Below the pieces are notes generated by a model, which was not told where the DNA came from, ran no database searches, and worked only from the letters and a program-made list of their open reading frames with translations. From Eledone cirrhosa (taxonomy: Eukaryota), in contig OZ024751.1 of assembly GCA_964016885.1 (NCBI GenBank), positions 26,474,001 to 26,538,000 on the forward strand: a stretch of DNA of 64,000 nucleotides. Direction: 5' to 3'. Made by a program: the position numbers and the translations under genes. This document shows, one piece after another, positions 29,194 to 42,522 of the stretch. Numbering within the stretch: position 1 is the stretch's first letter; every line of letters starts with the position of its first letter.

Positions 29194-30844
29194 GAAAATT
29201 ACACAAAGAATAATTACAGCTTTTGAAATTGAAAATAATGTAAATAAAACCGTTGTTTTTAATTATTCTGTGAATTTTATATTTTCTTGTAAAATATATG
29301 TGTATCAATTACACCAGCCTTGCGTTGGAGGTGAAATTTGTATTTTTCCTATGGTTTTTTATCTGTTTTGAATGAATCTAGTTTTCAAAACTGTCAGAAA
29401 TTATTTAATTTTTTATTAAGAGGGGGGCTGTGAGCTTCCACGGAGTTCTCAGGTGAAATTTCTCTTTTGTATTGTTTTTGATGTATTTTATCAAAATAAT
29501 CAGAAATTAATCATTTTTTTTTACTTCATTCATTGAGGACCATAATACTGTCATGAGATGCATGTAATTGGAAAAAATCTACCTAAAGCTTTAATACTTG
29601 TATGACGTTGATTGTTTCTAAGTGTTTTACAGTAATCATTTCATTTGATGTGTATATTAAATAACAATCTGTTACATTCAGGATTTGGCACTATTGTCTG
29701 CTAAAAACAAAACAAATCAAAATACTCCTAGCATTTGAGTAGCTGAAAGTAAAGAAAAATTCAAGAAACTTGTTGAAACTTTATAAAATGGATGAAATGT
29801 TAAAGAAGTCATTACATGAAACAAAAACTATAAATATTTAAAACATTTTAAATATCAATTAAAACTTCATATTTTTTCCACTCCACTCATGAGAATTCCC
29901 AAACCACACTACAATAATGTATTGGTTACGGGGTTTGGATTTTTTTGTCTATTTTTCAGACACAAAATTGGGGGGGGGGGGGGGGGGGGGGGAAAGAAAG
30001 GAGACATATATTTGAGTATATACGTATATATATTTAGAAATTGCACCTCACAGTAAAGATGACAAAAGACCTCAAGAACTGTTGATACTGGAGAAGACCC
30101 GTCTACAATCATGTGACCATCCATGCCCTCCCCCCTCTCACTAGCCATCACAGTTCATGAACATTAGTAGATACTTCTCACCATCACCGTACACCCCCAC
30201 ACTGTTCATGCTTTACTCCTTTGTAGGTATTCTCACATCACTACACCAGCACCACTCTAAGTCATAATACTTTAGTAGCTACCAACATCACAGTATCTCC
30301 CACACGCTATCATAGGTCACTCCAGTATCCCACAACACTCATCATACAATATAATAATTGCCATAGGTTAGAGAAGGTTCTATATGTATATATATGGAAA
30401 TAGTGTGAAGATGGAATGTATGGAAACATTTTGTTTGGTAGGAAAACCATTGAATTGAAGTGAATTGGATCTTCTTTAGTTGTTGTGGTCCTTTGGCTGA
30501 TAAACATGGAGCAACAGAGAAAGTTGGAAATAACTTATTAGGAATTAATAGAGCTACAGCACTCCACTGGTCCTTACCTTCTCCAAGTCTGAGAAGATTG
30601 AGGATGGACTGAGTCACAAGCTTAACAACTGATGTTACTTCCAAACGAGTTCCTTTAACCCTTTTGTGACCAGTTTTCTAACAAGACTACACAGCTTTTG
30701 TGTAATTATCAAAATAAAATCAATAATTACGAGAAGTTTAGTGAAATAACTTTCAACTTAACAACAAAATCAAATATTTATATCTAGTGAAATCTAATAT
30801 TAGTCATGTAATAATGGGATTTCAGTTCAAGATTTGAATTTATA

Positions 30845-31115
30845 TACAAACCCTTTAAGAGAGGGGGTTTCAGGTGGTTTATGTATGAACCCTTTAAGAG
30901 AGGGGCTTTCAGGTGGTTTGTGTATGAACCCTTTAAGAGAGGGGCTTTTAGGTGGTTTGTGTATGAACCCTTTAAGAGAGGGGCTTTCAGGTGGTTTGTG
31001 TATGAACCCTTTAAGAGAGGGGGTTTCAGGTGGTTTGTGTATGAACCCTTTAAGAGAGGGGGTTTCAGGTGGTTTTTGTACGAACCCTTTAAGAGAGGGG
31101 GTTTCAGGTGGTTTA
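30845..31115. repeat. 39-bp tandem repeat, about 7 copies
   Basis: Unit TATGAACCCTTTAAGAGAGGGGGTTTCAGGTGGTTTGTG. Confidence 0.95.
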
Positions 31116-31149
31116 CTTAAAAGGCTGTTGATAATATTGCTGGTCAGCA

Positions 31150-32320
31150 GCTCCCATTGACAAGTCAACATTCAAAATAATATTATCAAGGGATTCCCAT
31201 ATAACAGAGAGCTTGGCTTTCTTCAGCAATGAGCCATTACTTTCATCATCCTCACTATTTTGGCTGTCATTAAATGAAAAACTTAATCCAGAATTTCTTT
31301 TATCAACACTTGGAATTCTAGCCAGATTCTGACGCCATCTTCTGCAAGTATACAATCCTTCAAAATCATATTCTATCTTCACACTGTAGAGAAGATTTTT
31401 AAATCAAATATCAGCCAGAGTTGAAGTCTTCAGTGTCCTCCATAAAGTTCCTGAATTGAATATTGGAGACTTGATCTTACTGAGAATTCTTTTTCCCTGT
31501 GTCTTCCTTAAGGTCATCCTCTTCTATGACAACTTCTTTGTTGACATAAAACATTGCAGGCTATAATTCTGCCCTGATTCATTGGCTGTATTGTAGAAGT
31601 AAGTTTAACAGACAAGAAAATGCACCTTATTTCAGCATCATTGTTGATATATTAGTGAGCAGGTTCATTGACAAAAAACTAGTGTCTTCATCGCATCATT
31701 AGAAAGTTTGAGGGTCCCTTTCTAGTATTGCAGGAATGAAACACCTTGAAGATACACAGGATTTTCTGTATTGGTAGTAGTGCACCAGTAACAGGTGTAT
31801 TAAGTCTTTCAAAACCTGTATACCTCTTAACATCCCCACCACCACCACCAACAACTTTATAAAGTACATACCATTTGCATTTGTGCAATGCTGAAAAACA
31901 TGCTGTAATAACTTTCCAACCATGTGTGAAGGCTTCATTCTTATCCTTAAATGTTTGAATATTCTAAGCAGTGGCAGTCAATACAACCCTGTTTTATCCT
32001 CATTATACACTTGGGAAATTAGGAGTCTCCTTTCACACTTAAGTCCTCAACTTCAAAGGTTTCATTTCCTCGGTTGGTGCACTGCCTGCTACACCTTCGG
32101 TCATTTTCTACAGCTGATTTTCAAGCCTCTATGTGAGTGTACATGCCTCACAGCTGTATAAAAAGATTTAATTGCTAAAAAGACCCTCATCTTAATACTT
32201 CTTATTGAGAGTGACTTACTAATCTTTGATAATTTAGGAAATACCTGCCAAGTAAATTGCCTTTTTTTTCTTGATATCTTATCTTTAGCTAGCTATCCAA
32301 GTTCCAAGATATTTAAAATT
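31150..32320 (-). pseudogene. Decayed pogo/Tigger (DDE_1) transposase
   Basis: Fragments QVYNEDKTGLY, CTNANGMYFIKLLVV and IRCIFLSVKLTSTIQPMNQG match Tigger motifs (FNADETGL, CANASG.HKLKLLVIG, FLPPN.TS.IQPMDQG); many stops. Confidence 0.78.
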
Positions 32321-32364
32321 TTCAAAGTTTAGTTGCTGCCCAGATTTTAAGTTTCAGAAGATCA

Positions 32365-32665
32365 TACTGTAAAGTGGTGGTGATGGCGATGTGACAAGAA
32401 GCACACAGTCCACACTGTAAAGTGGCCGTGTAGGTGTCACGACAAAAAGCACCCAGTTCACACTCTAAACTTATCGTGGAGGTCCCATGACAAAAAGCAC
32501 CCAGTCCACATTGTAAAGTGATTGTGTAGGTGTCATGACAAAAAGCACCCAGTCCACACTGTAAAGTGGTCATGTAGGTGTCATGGCAAGAAGCACCCAG
32601 TCCACACTGTAAAGTGGTCGTGTAGGTGTCATGATAAAAAGTATCCAGTACTCACTGTAAATGAA
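32365..32665. repeat. 51-bp tandem amplification inside a SINE/LINE tail
   Basis: Repeated AAAAGCACCCAGTCCACACTGTAAAGTGG..., followed by the standard tail ending in (GAT)n at about 32810. Confidence 0.8.
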
Positions 32666-32807
32666 GTTGGCGATAGAAAGGGCATCTAGCCGTAGAAACC
32701 AATCCAAAACCAGTTCTGTGTGAGTAAAACACGGTCCTCTGGCCTGGATGTCTCACAATGGGAGAGCACGCCCTACCTATACTAGTGTGGAAAATGGATG
32801 TTAAATG

Positions 32808-32881
<74 letters not shown>

Positions 32882-33142
32882 CACAAGGTTTTAAGATCTA
32901 TTAACTTTGCACTATGCTATAAGGTGAATAATATTGAGAATCTAAGAATATATACTATGTATAATATTGAGAATCTAAGAATATATATTTGCAATCTATT
33001 GATTTCTTTTTATTGAACTCTTGTTTCCTTGCTGTTTTGATACATAACACACACACATATACAGATGTACACAAACACACACACATATATATACAACACA
33101 CACATACATATATACAACACACACACACACACACATATATAT

Positions 33143-33459
33143 GGAGGCACATGGCTTAGTGGTTAGAGCATTGGCCTTGCAATCGAAAGGTTGTGAGTTC
33201 AATTCTCAGACCGGGTGATGTGTTGTTTCCTTGAGCAAGACACTTTATTTCACATTGCTCCAGTTTACTCAGCTGTAGAAATGAGATGATAGGGACTGGG
33301 GTCCCTATCACTCCACTGCAAAGTGGTCGTGGAGGTACCACGGCAAAAAAGCACCCAGCACTCACTGTAAATGAGGTTGGTGTTAGGAAGGGCATCCAGC
33401 TGTAGAAATCAAACCAGAATCAGTTCCCGTCCCACCCTTGCAAGCAGGAAAGATGATGA

Positions 33460-33462
<3 letters not shown>
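33143..33462 (+). mobile_element. tRNA-derived SINE family A (CORE-like centre, RTE-type tail)
   Basis: A box TGGCTTAGTGG, B box GAGTTCAATTC, CCTTGAGCAAGACACTT core, (GAT)n tail; four highly similar copies in the window. Confidence 0.85.
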
Positions 33463-33511
<49 letters not shown>

Positions 33512-34640
33512 GCGGTAGAAGCGAAACAAGAAAGATGACACATGGTGTTTGTTTTCGAGACAAAGTTGATATTTGTTTTCGTTGGTTTAGGGGCTGTTAA
33601 AACGGAGGAGACGGTATTATGTTTGAAGTTAGAGGACAGGAAACTTCTAGAATTTAGATCAAAGTAACAGATTTACTGAACGTTTGGACAAGAGAACGAG
33701 AAATTTCGGATACATTGCGAGGGTGTCCAGGAATAATAATAAACGAGGTCACAATTTTCATCACCAAGGTGGTTTTGCAGGTTAACACTTGTTTGTCACC
33801 CCTCCACCCCTCTCTCTCTCGCTATATATATATATACACACACACGCACGTACATATACTAACAAATGTACCTAACTAATCCATCTATGTACCCGACTTC
33901 AGACGACATAGACACTTGCTAATAAATACTAACTAAATGAATGACCTTACAACATTTACCGATACCCAGCAATGAAAATACTCTCACAATTCCCAACGGA
34001 TCTCTCTCATATAATAATAATTGTTTCTACTTTTGGCACAAGGCCAGCAATTATCCCAGAGTATTACTGGTACTTTATTTTATCGATCCCCATGTTTGAC
34101 TGGTACTTTATTTCATCGATCCCCATGTTTGACTGGTACTTTATTTCATCGATCCCCATGTTTGACTGGTACTTTATTTTATCGAACCCCGGCAGAATGA
34201 AAGACAAAGTTGACCTCGGTGGGGTTTGAACTGATAAACCCGGAAGAATTAGCAGAAAACATGTTCAACACCTTAACAATTCTGCCAATCTACCGTTTTA
34301 ATAATTGTTTCTACTTTTGGCACAAGGCCAACAATTACTCAGGTACATTACTGGTACTATATTTAATGGAGCAATGTACCGGGTAATTGCTGGCCTAGTG
34401 AGAGGTAGGGAGGAAGGTCAGTTAAGTGTATATGTCTAAATAGCGTGGGTGCGAAGATATTTTACTGAAGCATGCTAAATATATTCTTATTTTATATATT
34501 CTTATTTTAGCCACCACTTCAGGCAAAGAATCGCTAAAAACAAACAAATGTTCATTTATACCTGGAGATTACAGCTGATTACATATATATATATATATAC
34601 ACACACATACACAAACATATTTATCAAGGAAATTATTTAT

Positions 34641-34693
<53 letters not shown>

Positions 34694-35607
34694 TATATAT
34701 ATATATATATACACACACAAACATATTTATCAAGGAAATTATCTATCTTTATATATATATAGATATATATGTATGTTATACACACACACATACATGTATA
34801 TCATCATCATCATATATGTATATATATATATGTATATATATATATATGTGTATATATATGTGTGTGTGTGTATATATATATGTGTGTGTATATATGTGTA
34901 TATACATATATATATACACGTGTGTGTGTGTTTCCATCAACAACGAGGATCGATTTGTTCTCCCCGGAGTAAATGGAGTGTGTTCCAGTGTCGGAGCAGA
35001 CTGGATTCTGTAGTCAGTTTACGTCACGTCCTGTTTGAAAATGTGGAGAAAGACGTTACAACATGAAATACTCACACACACACACATATATATATATATA
35101 ATATTATATATATATATAGATATGATACTAGTAGAGCTACTTAAACTATAAGTGACCCTGACTAGCCATAAACTGCCATTAATACTACACACCATTATCA
35201 TCATAGAACACCTCTTCTATATAACATCGACTTTTTTCTTTAGTACACCTACCCCCGATATCACCAAAAACACCTCCTTCTTATACACATCTCACACACA
35301 CACTACATGTATATAATATATACACATTAAATAAATATATATATGATAATTAAAGCAAATATTCTCTCCTCATTCCAACATATTTAATGCTTTTTTATAA
35401 CAAAAGCTATTAATATAAAATAGACACAGAGTTAGGTTTTTTTTTTGTTGCAAACACATAAACATAGCAACTGAAACGGTTGATGATTTAAGATAGAAAA
35501 TATACAACATTTATATTTCTACGAATGAAATAAATATTAAGTTACCTTTGAGAGAGGAATTTAGTTGAGTTTTATACTTTTTATCTTTTGAGTTAAGATT
35601 GACTTAC

Positions 35608-35647
35608 TATGAGACGTTAGCAGCGATCTGTAATGAGTAGCCGCCAT
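35608..35647 (-). CDS. Putative first coding exon MAATHYRSLLTSH, probably of the SON-like gene
   Basis: AATATGGCGGC start context in a CpG-containing unique patch, followed by A|GTAAGT donor; no other minus-strand host exons were found between here and 6459. Confidence 0.5.
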
Positions 35648-35745
35648 ATTACGAATTCCGTTCTACAGACAGTTGATATAAAGTATGGAATAGCGGAGAC
35701 GAACTGCATCACTCCATCAACTAGACGAGTTGGTGCGTGTATATA
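35640..35745 (-). promoter_or_regulatory. Putative promoter/5' UTR with a YY1-like (ATGGCGGC) motif
   Basis: Locally CpG-retaining non-repetitive sequence directly upstream of the ATG exon. Confidence 0.35.
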
Positions 35746-37029
35746 ATATTTATATGTATATTTAACATTGATAAATAATAAAATATCAAAACTATGTAAT
35801 AATTTTAGGCATTTTTCCTAATTAAAAACTCAATCGATTGATTAATAATTAACGGGCTTTGTTAAAGTTGGGTGGTAATTAAAGAAATATTCGTGTCTGT
35901 CAATACTTGATAGTTACCACAAACAACAGAAAAACAAATATAAGTTATTGTTATATAATCGACCACTTCTAGTTGTTTTTATAGCAAACATTATAAACCG
36001 AAATAATATTTCTGTCTGAATTATTACAGATTTTACAATTAGCTTCATTATTAATATAGTATTTAATATATATTAATTTAAGAAAAAAAATATTAATTTA
36101 ATGTCAGTTTAGTCAGGGAAGAAAATAACAAAAAACAACAACAGATGTCAGTTCGAATTACATTTTAAGGAAATGAAATTCTAAACCAATTAATACTAAC
36201 AGCTACTGCTGAAGATTTAATATAATATTACCTTACTAATAAAACGATGTATTGATATATAATACAAGAAATATTAACTTTGGCTGACAATGCAATCAGA
36301 TGTGAGTTCGTTTCGTAAAATTTTCCAAATGGAAATTTTCAATTAAAGACTTGCCTAAATTCATTACTTCCATTACTTACACAATTTTCTGTAACTGCTG
36401 GCGTTTTATTTCCATCGTCTCTTCTCCTTTAATATCAATTATTGATGGACCAATTTCAAGGAGGTGTCTAAGTAGCTAAACTATTTTGATGATGTTTTAG
36501 AAATTAAGAAGGAGGAGGATCGAAAAATAAACAAAGCTTAGAGAGTGCAGTTTTTTAAGGAAAGACCGACAAACGAGTAAAGTTGATTTTTGAGGTTATT
36601 AAAAATGAAATGAACACTGAAGGTGGGCCGGTCTATGAAGTAATGCCAGTTCTGCCTGATTTAATATGTAAGGTGTTCTTACTTTAAAGCACTCTGTTGT
36701 AGAATCACAGCTATAACCACTTATATTTAAGACCAGCTGCAATAATGACACCATTAATCAAGTAATTAGAGGTGACTTGATTGCGGTAAAAGAGAAAGAC
36801 AACAACAATATAGATCTATGTATATCTATATTAGAAATTTTGACAGAAAACTTACATGTATTCCAACAGCTCACAGACTACATGGAAAAAACAAAAAAAA
36901 AAAAAATATTGTTATACCAATGGAAACTGGTTATATTTAATGCAACAATTATAAAATTATTCATACTGTCGGATTAAAGGAAAAAAATCGTTAAATATAT
37001 TTTATTTCAGATGTAAACTTATTCCAGTC

Positions 37030-37645
37030 ACAGGAAGGACCCATAGAAGTGGTTGATAGCTTTTGCTATCTAGGTGACTTAATTAGCAGCAGAGGAGGGT
37101 ACCCTGAGAGCATAATAGAATAAGGATAGGATGGAAGACATATAGAGAGCTACTCCCTCTGTTGGTCACAAAAGGTTTCTCCCTACATACAAAAGGATGA
37201 CTGTATGATACTTGTATGCCAAGTGTGATGCTACATGGTAGTGAAACATGGGCTGTGACTTCAGAGGACATGCATAGACTGCAGAGAAATGAAGCAGCCA
37301 TGCTCTGTTGGATGTGCAATGTAAGTGTGAAAGAAAGGCAGGGCTTAGATGAGTTGAGGGAGAATCTGGGTTTAAGAGGAATCTAAGGTGATGTGCAGGA
37401 GAGAAGACTGTGTAAGTATAAACATGTGATGTGCATGGACAATGATCATTGGATGAGGAAATGCCAGTGGAAGGAAGCTGTAGTAGAGGAAGACCAAGTA
37501 AGACATGGGCAAAGGGGGTGAGAGCTGACCTTTAATCACTGAGACACACAGAGGAGATGACGAAAGAAGAGATGCCATTTCTAAGAACGACCCATCCATC
37601 CCATGTAAGCATGGAAAAAATGGATGTAAAAACGATGATGATGAT
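37030..37645 (+). mobile_element. Decayed RTE LINE fragment
   Basis: EVVDSFCYLGD and MLHGSETWAVT peptides; (GAT)n tail. Confidence 0.75.
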
Positions 37646-37656
37646 ATATATATATA

Positions 37657-37976
37657 TATCATCATCATTTCATTTTACGTCCGCTTTTTCCCTGCTAGCA
37701 AGGGTGGGACGGGAACTGATTCCGGCTTGATTTATACAGCTGGATGCCCTTCCTAACACCAACCTCATTTACAGTGAGTGCTGGGTGCTTTTTTGCCGTG
37801 GCACCTACACGACCATTTTGCAGCGGAATGATAGGGACCCCAGTCCCTATCATCTCATTTCTACAGCTGAGTAAACTGGAGCAATGTGAAATAAAGTGTG
37901 TTGCTCAAGGAAACAACACATCACCCGGTTTGAGAATTGAACTCACAACCTTTCGATTGCAAGGCCAATGCTCTAA
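37657..37976 (-). mobile_element. SINE family A copy
   Basis: Reverse complement of 33143-33462, with the 5' head clipped. Confidence 0.85.
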
Positions 37977-39789
37977 ATGCTAGAGTGCTGGATTGAACCC
38001 TCCACATTTTAGGTACTTTGCATTTTAAGTTCAAATCACACTAGAGACAGCTTTTACCTTAAATCTCTCCGTCAATAAATTACACACTAAATATATACCC
38101 TTGTATATGCTTTAACAACTAGAAGGACAATTAAGGCTGTACTTTGCTGATAAAGTGAGAATAAGACAGGATCATGCCCAGAGTTGTCTCTGGTACTTTT
38201 CAAAAGACTGAAACTAATAGATATTAATTAATATCACTGATTTCCTCATCACATATTTAATTCTAATGAACCATTTTACACTTCTTCCATTAAATATGTT
38301 TGAACTTATTGCCATGATGAAAAAACACCCAGTCCACACTCTTAGGTGGTTGGCATTTGGAAGGACACCCTGCTGGAGAAACCAAACAAAAATACAGATC
38401 CATATGAGCAAGACGTGGGTTACCTGAACTGACTTGTTTCATAATGTCACAGTCCATCTAATCCATGAAAACATGGAAAAATATACGTTAAATGGTGATG
38501 ATGATGGTGATGGCGATGAAGATGACGATGATGAAGATAATTAATTAGACTCAGTTTCTAGACGATAATTTAGTTTTCTTTTGCTCATATGAAAACTTTT
38601 GTTTTTAAACTGACTTAATGAGAGAAGGAAGAGGGAGCAGATGGCCCTTTCCAGGAACTCTAAGAAAGAGGGAACTTATCTTCAGACTAGCGACCCAGTT
38701 CAATTACTTAGAACAGAGTAGTTTCTGCTAAAAGCCCTGATAAGCCAAGTGTCTGAAACTGGGTGGCACTAGATGAAGTTTCCGTCAGACAAATTCCACT
38801 GATTCAGCTTTAGTTGGCCTGAGTACTATTGTGATGTATAGTAGAAGACATGTACCTAGGGTACCACACAGTAGTGTTGACATGTACCTAGGGTACCACA
38901 CAGTATGTATCTATGTATGTATGTGTGTTTGTATGTATGTATATAGGTGTGTATGTATATGTGTATGTATGTATATGTGTTTATATCTAGGGTGGAAGAA
39001 CTCATAAGAGTCAACGGCCATCCAAAAGTGTGTAAATATGTATATACACATTACCACGCGGTTAAACTACTGGGAGTAAAGGACCCCTAACCTTTGTCAG
39101 GGCATACTTCTAGGAGAAGGCAACTCAGGAAACTGGGATAACTCCGATATAAAACCTGTCGCTCAGTAGTTACCGATGATGTTGATCTTTTCTTCTTTTC
39201 AGGTTATAGCTACTGTTGCTCAGAGAGTGGGATTGGCTCAGTGCACAGTCTTTCCTTACTTTAAAAAATATCTTCATGCACAGGCATTGCACGATAGAAT
39301 TGATAATTATTAATAATAGTATATAGTGCAATGGCCATACTCGATAACGAGGGGGCAGACATCATATATGTATATATGTGTGTATGTATATATGTATGTA
39401 TGTGTGTATGTATGTATATGTATGTATATATGTATGTATGAAGAATCTAAGGTATTAGTGTTGGCTGCAAGAACATATGCAGATTCCCATGACCACACAC
39501 ACACACACACACACACACGTACACACACACACACACAGGTGTGGTGTGGAGGTAGAGAGTAAATGAGAGGAGGGGTGTCAGTGTTTTTTCTGTCAAGTGA
39601 GGGTAATGAATAAGATGGAGTGAGAGGTTGAGATCAAAGAAGCATGTTTGTTTTGAGTGGAGGTTGGGTACAGTGGAGTGGGGGATGGCGGGGGGGGGGG
39701 GGGGGAGAAGAGAGGTGGGGGTTTGCAGTGGTGTGAGAGGAGAGGTGGGTGTGGTAGTAGTAGACATTAGGACTTGTCAGAAGGGGCGG

Positions 39790-40410
39790 CGTTGTTGGTG
39801 GTGATGGTGTTTGGGTTGTTGTTGGAGCTGTTGGTGGTGGTGGTGGTGATGGTGTTGTTGGTGGTGATAGTGGTGATGGTGGTGGTGATGATGATGGTGG
39901 TGATGGTGCTGGTGATGATGATGGTGGTGATGGTGGTTATGGTGGTGATGGTGGTGATGGTGCTGTTGTTATTGATTGTGCTGGGGGTGGAGGTGGTGCT
40001 GTGGTAGTGAAGAATTTTAGGGAGGAATTTTAGTAAAACTACCATATCCATCATCATGATCACCGCCACCACCACCACCACCACAACACCACTACTACTA
40101 CCACTACTACCACCACCATCACCACCAACAACACTATCACCACCACCACCACCACCACTACTACTACCACCAGCACCACCATCACCATCACCACCATCAC
40201 CACCACCACCACCATCACAACCACCACCACCATCACCAACAACACTATCACCACCACCACCACTGCTACTACCACCACCACTACTACCACCACCATCACC
40301 ACCACAACACCACCATCACCATCACCACCACCATTACCACCACCATCACTACCACCACCACAACACAACCACCACCACCACCACCATCACCACCACCACT
40401 ACCACCATCA
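39790..40410. repeat. Opposed (GGT/GAT)n and (ACC/ATC)n trinucleotide tracts
   Basis: Direct inspection. Confidence 0.9.
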
Positions 40411-40753
40411 ATGACCGTCGTAGAGAAGTAGTAAAGCTATATAGTTACATAATAACAATATTACATAACGTTATGTAGGCTATCATCAAGTTCTATCTGG
40501 AATCAGATCATTTTAATGGATATAATATATTCTGATACCTACTCAGTATTCTTCAGATTTCACAAATGGCTTAATCAATATATAAGAGAGAAAGAAAAAA
40601 AATTATATAGAATTTACGATGAGTGGGGGGAAAAAAAAGTAATTAAGGGCGACAACTCTTCTGTTTTATATTATTATGTATTAAGTTATCGCCCCTGATA
40701 TCTTTGAGTTTATTTTTGTTAAATAAATATTTATATATATATATATATATTTT

Positions 40754-40809
<56 letters not shown>

Positions 40810-41149
40810 CACACACACGCACACACACACACACACACATATATATATGTGTGTGTGTGTGTGCGTGTCTAAATATTATGTATATGTATATGGGAGAGTG
40901 TGTGTTTGTTTATGTATGTATATTTAAAAAGTAAATATACAAACGAAGGACACAGAACTCCATGGTCATCGGATGTTGAGATGGCAGTTTATCCGTTGAG
41001 ACGGCAGCAGCTCAGTCGTCGGGCTCGTAAATTATTCATATTACCCACTCTACTACCCCAAGTATCGAGTACTCTGGTGAGCAATGGTCTAACTGGTTTT
41101 TACTGCATCCATTCTGATTTATATATAAAGTATAAACTGCTTATATATT

Positions 41150-41493
41150 CTAGGGCGGCTAAAATTCCCGAGATCGATGGACGAGTTCTCTCCAGCGGTC
41201 TCTGTCCCTCATTATCGCTGCCATGTCCTGCGTCTCCAACAGACCAGTGTCTGTCCTTAAGGCATCAACATACGTTAACCTTGGTCTTCTTCTTCCAGTG
41301 TATCCATGTAGGGGCTCCCACGGGAGCACTGAGTGCCATGTCAACTCTGGATGTCGGTTAGCATGTCCAGCTAACCTCAGTCTCCTCTGTGTCACTTTTG
41401 AGCTCTGAGTTTTTCATCCTCAGTGTGTACTGATTAATGTTCAGAGCCATCCTCAGCATTCTCGTGTAGCACCCATCCACCTCCTGAGTGAGT
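41150..41493 (-). mobile_element. Second copy of the 24410-24900 LINE family
   Basis: Near-identical nucleotide sequence with a small internal deletion and the same 3' end (TTCTAGGGCGG on plus). Confidence 0.85.
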
Positions 41494-41768
41494 TTATATA
41501 TAAATTGCCGTGTCAACAGAACTGTTAGCATGTGTAGTTTGCATATTGATATTATACGCAAATGTATCTGAATGTAGATATGATGTCAAATAAAATCGTA
41601 ATTAACAATATGCACAGAAATTGAAGAGAGACTGTTTTATATCCCCTTCTGTAATCAGTAAAGTAATCGATGATACATTAAAAAAAAGACGATATTATAT
41701 ATAAACTGCATTACGGTGAACTGTTATGAAAATGGAAAAGGAGAAAATGAGATTAGCGACGGAAATAT

Positions 41769-42000
41769 AAACGTTATATCACCTTGACCGACCAGTCTGT
41801 CGGGCGTCCATTCGGCGCCGCTGGTCACAGCACGCCGTCCATTCCTCTCTGGATCGTGCTTTCCTCGTCCATATAGTCCCAATCGTATTCCTAAAATCGT
41901 AACTCCACGCTCGTGGAGGCCTTCCGAGTGGTCGTTTCCGCTCGCGCGGGTACCACTCGGCAACTGCGCGGATCCACCGATTATCGGTGAACCGGGCGAT
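41769..42000 (-). mobile_element. GC-rich 5'-truncated RTE LINE 3' end
   Basis: A frame missing from the ORF track reads IARFTDNRWIRAVAEWYPRERKRPLGRPPRAWSYDF...WTRKARSREEW, a typical RTE C-terminus; GGAAATAT direct repeat at 41761 and 42001. Confidence 0.82.
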
Positions 42001-42130
42001 GGAAATATTTTAACTTTTATATAAGCGATATTCTATAGTGTACGGCGAAGAGTTATGATATAACTGGCGCTAACGGAAGTGTTGACATTTGAACATTTTA
42101 AAAGAAGTGAATCTTGAAATAGGCAATATA

Positions 42131-42172
<42 letters not shown>

Positions 42173-42477
42173 TAATTATGTTTAATCAAGAGCTAAGAAA
42201 TTTAGCAGATAAATTACATAATATTTATTCATTATTTATTCAAAGTAATCCAATTTATTTTAATAATGTGTTTGGAAAAAAAATAAGACATAGTATGGCA
42301 GTTCTCCAATCATTATACATGAGATATTATTATTATTGACTCACGGGGTCGATAAAATAAAGTACCAGTAATACACTGGTTAATTGCTGGCCTTGTGCCT
42401 AACGTAGAAACAATTATTTTTATTCACTCACGATTACATTTAGGTATCCACCACGTTAAGAGCGAAAACAAATTTTG

Positions 42478-42522
<45 letters not shown>

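Noticed and set aside
33143-33215. tRNA gene
   Set aside because: tRNA-like head of a multicopy SINE; no proper acceptor stem.
36250-36700. Decayed hAT transposase
   Set aside because: Only faint peptide resemblance with many stops; cannot be supported without a search.
40056-40478. Proline/histidine-rich ORF
   Set aside because: Translation of an (ACC)n tract with no exon boundaries.
41770-42030. Structured ncRNA gene (TATA-like box and several hairpins)
   Set aside because: No 7SK, SRP, RNase P/MRP or snRNA motifs; one frame translates to a clear RTE LINE C-terminus with a TSD.
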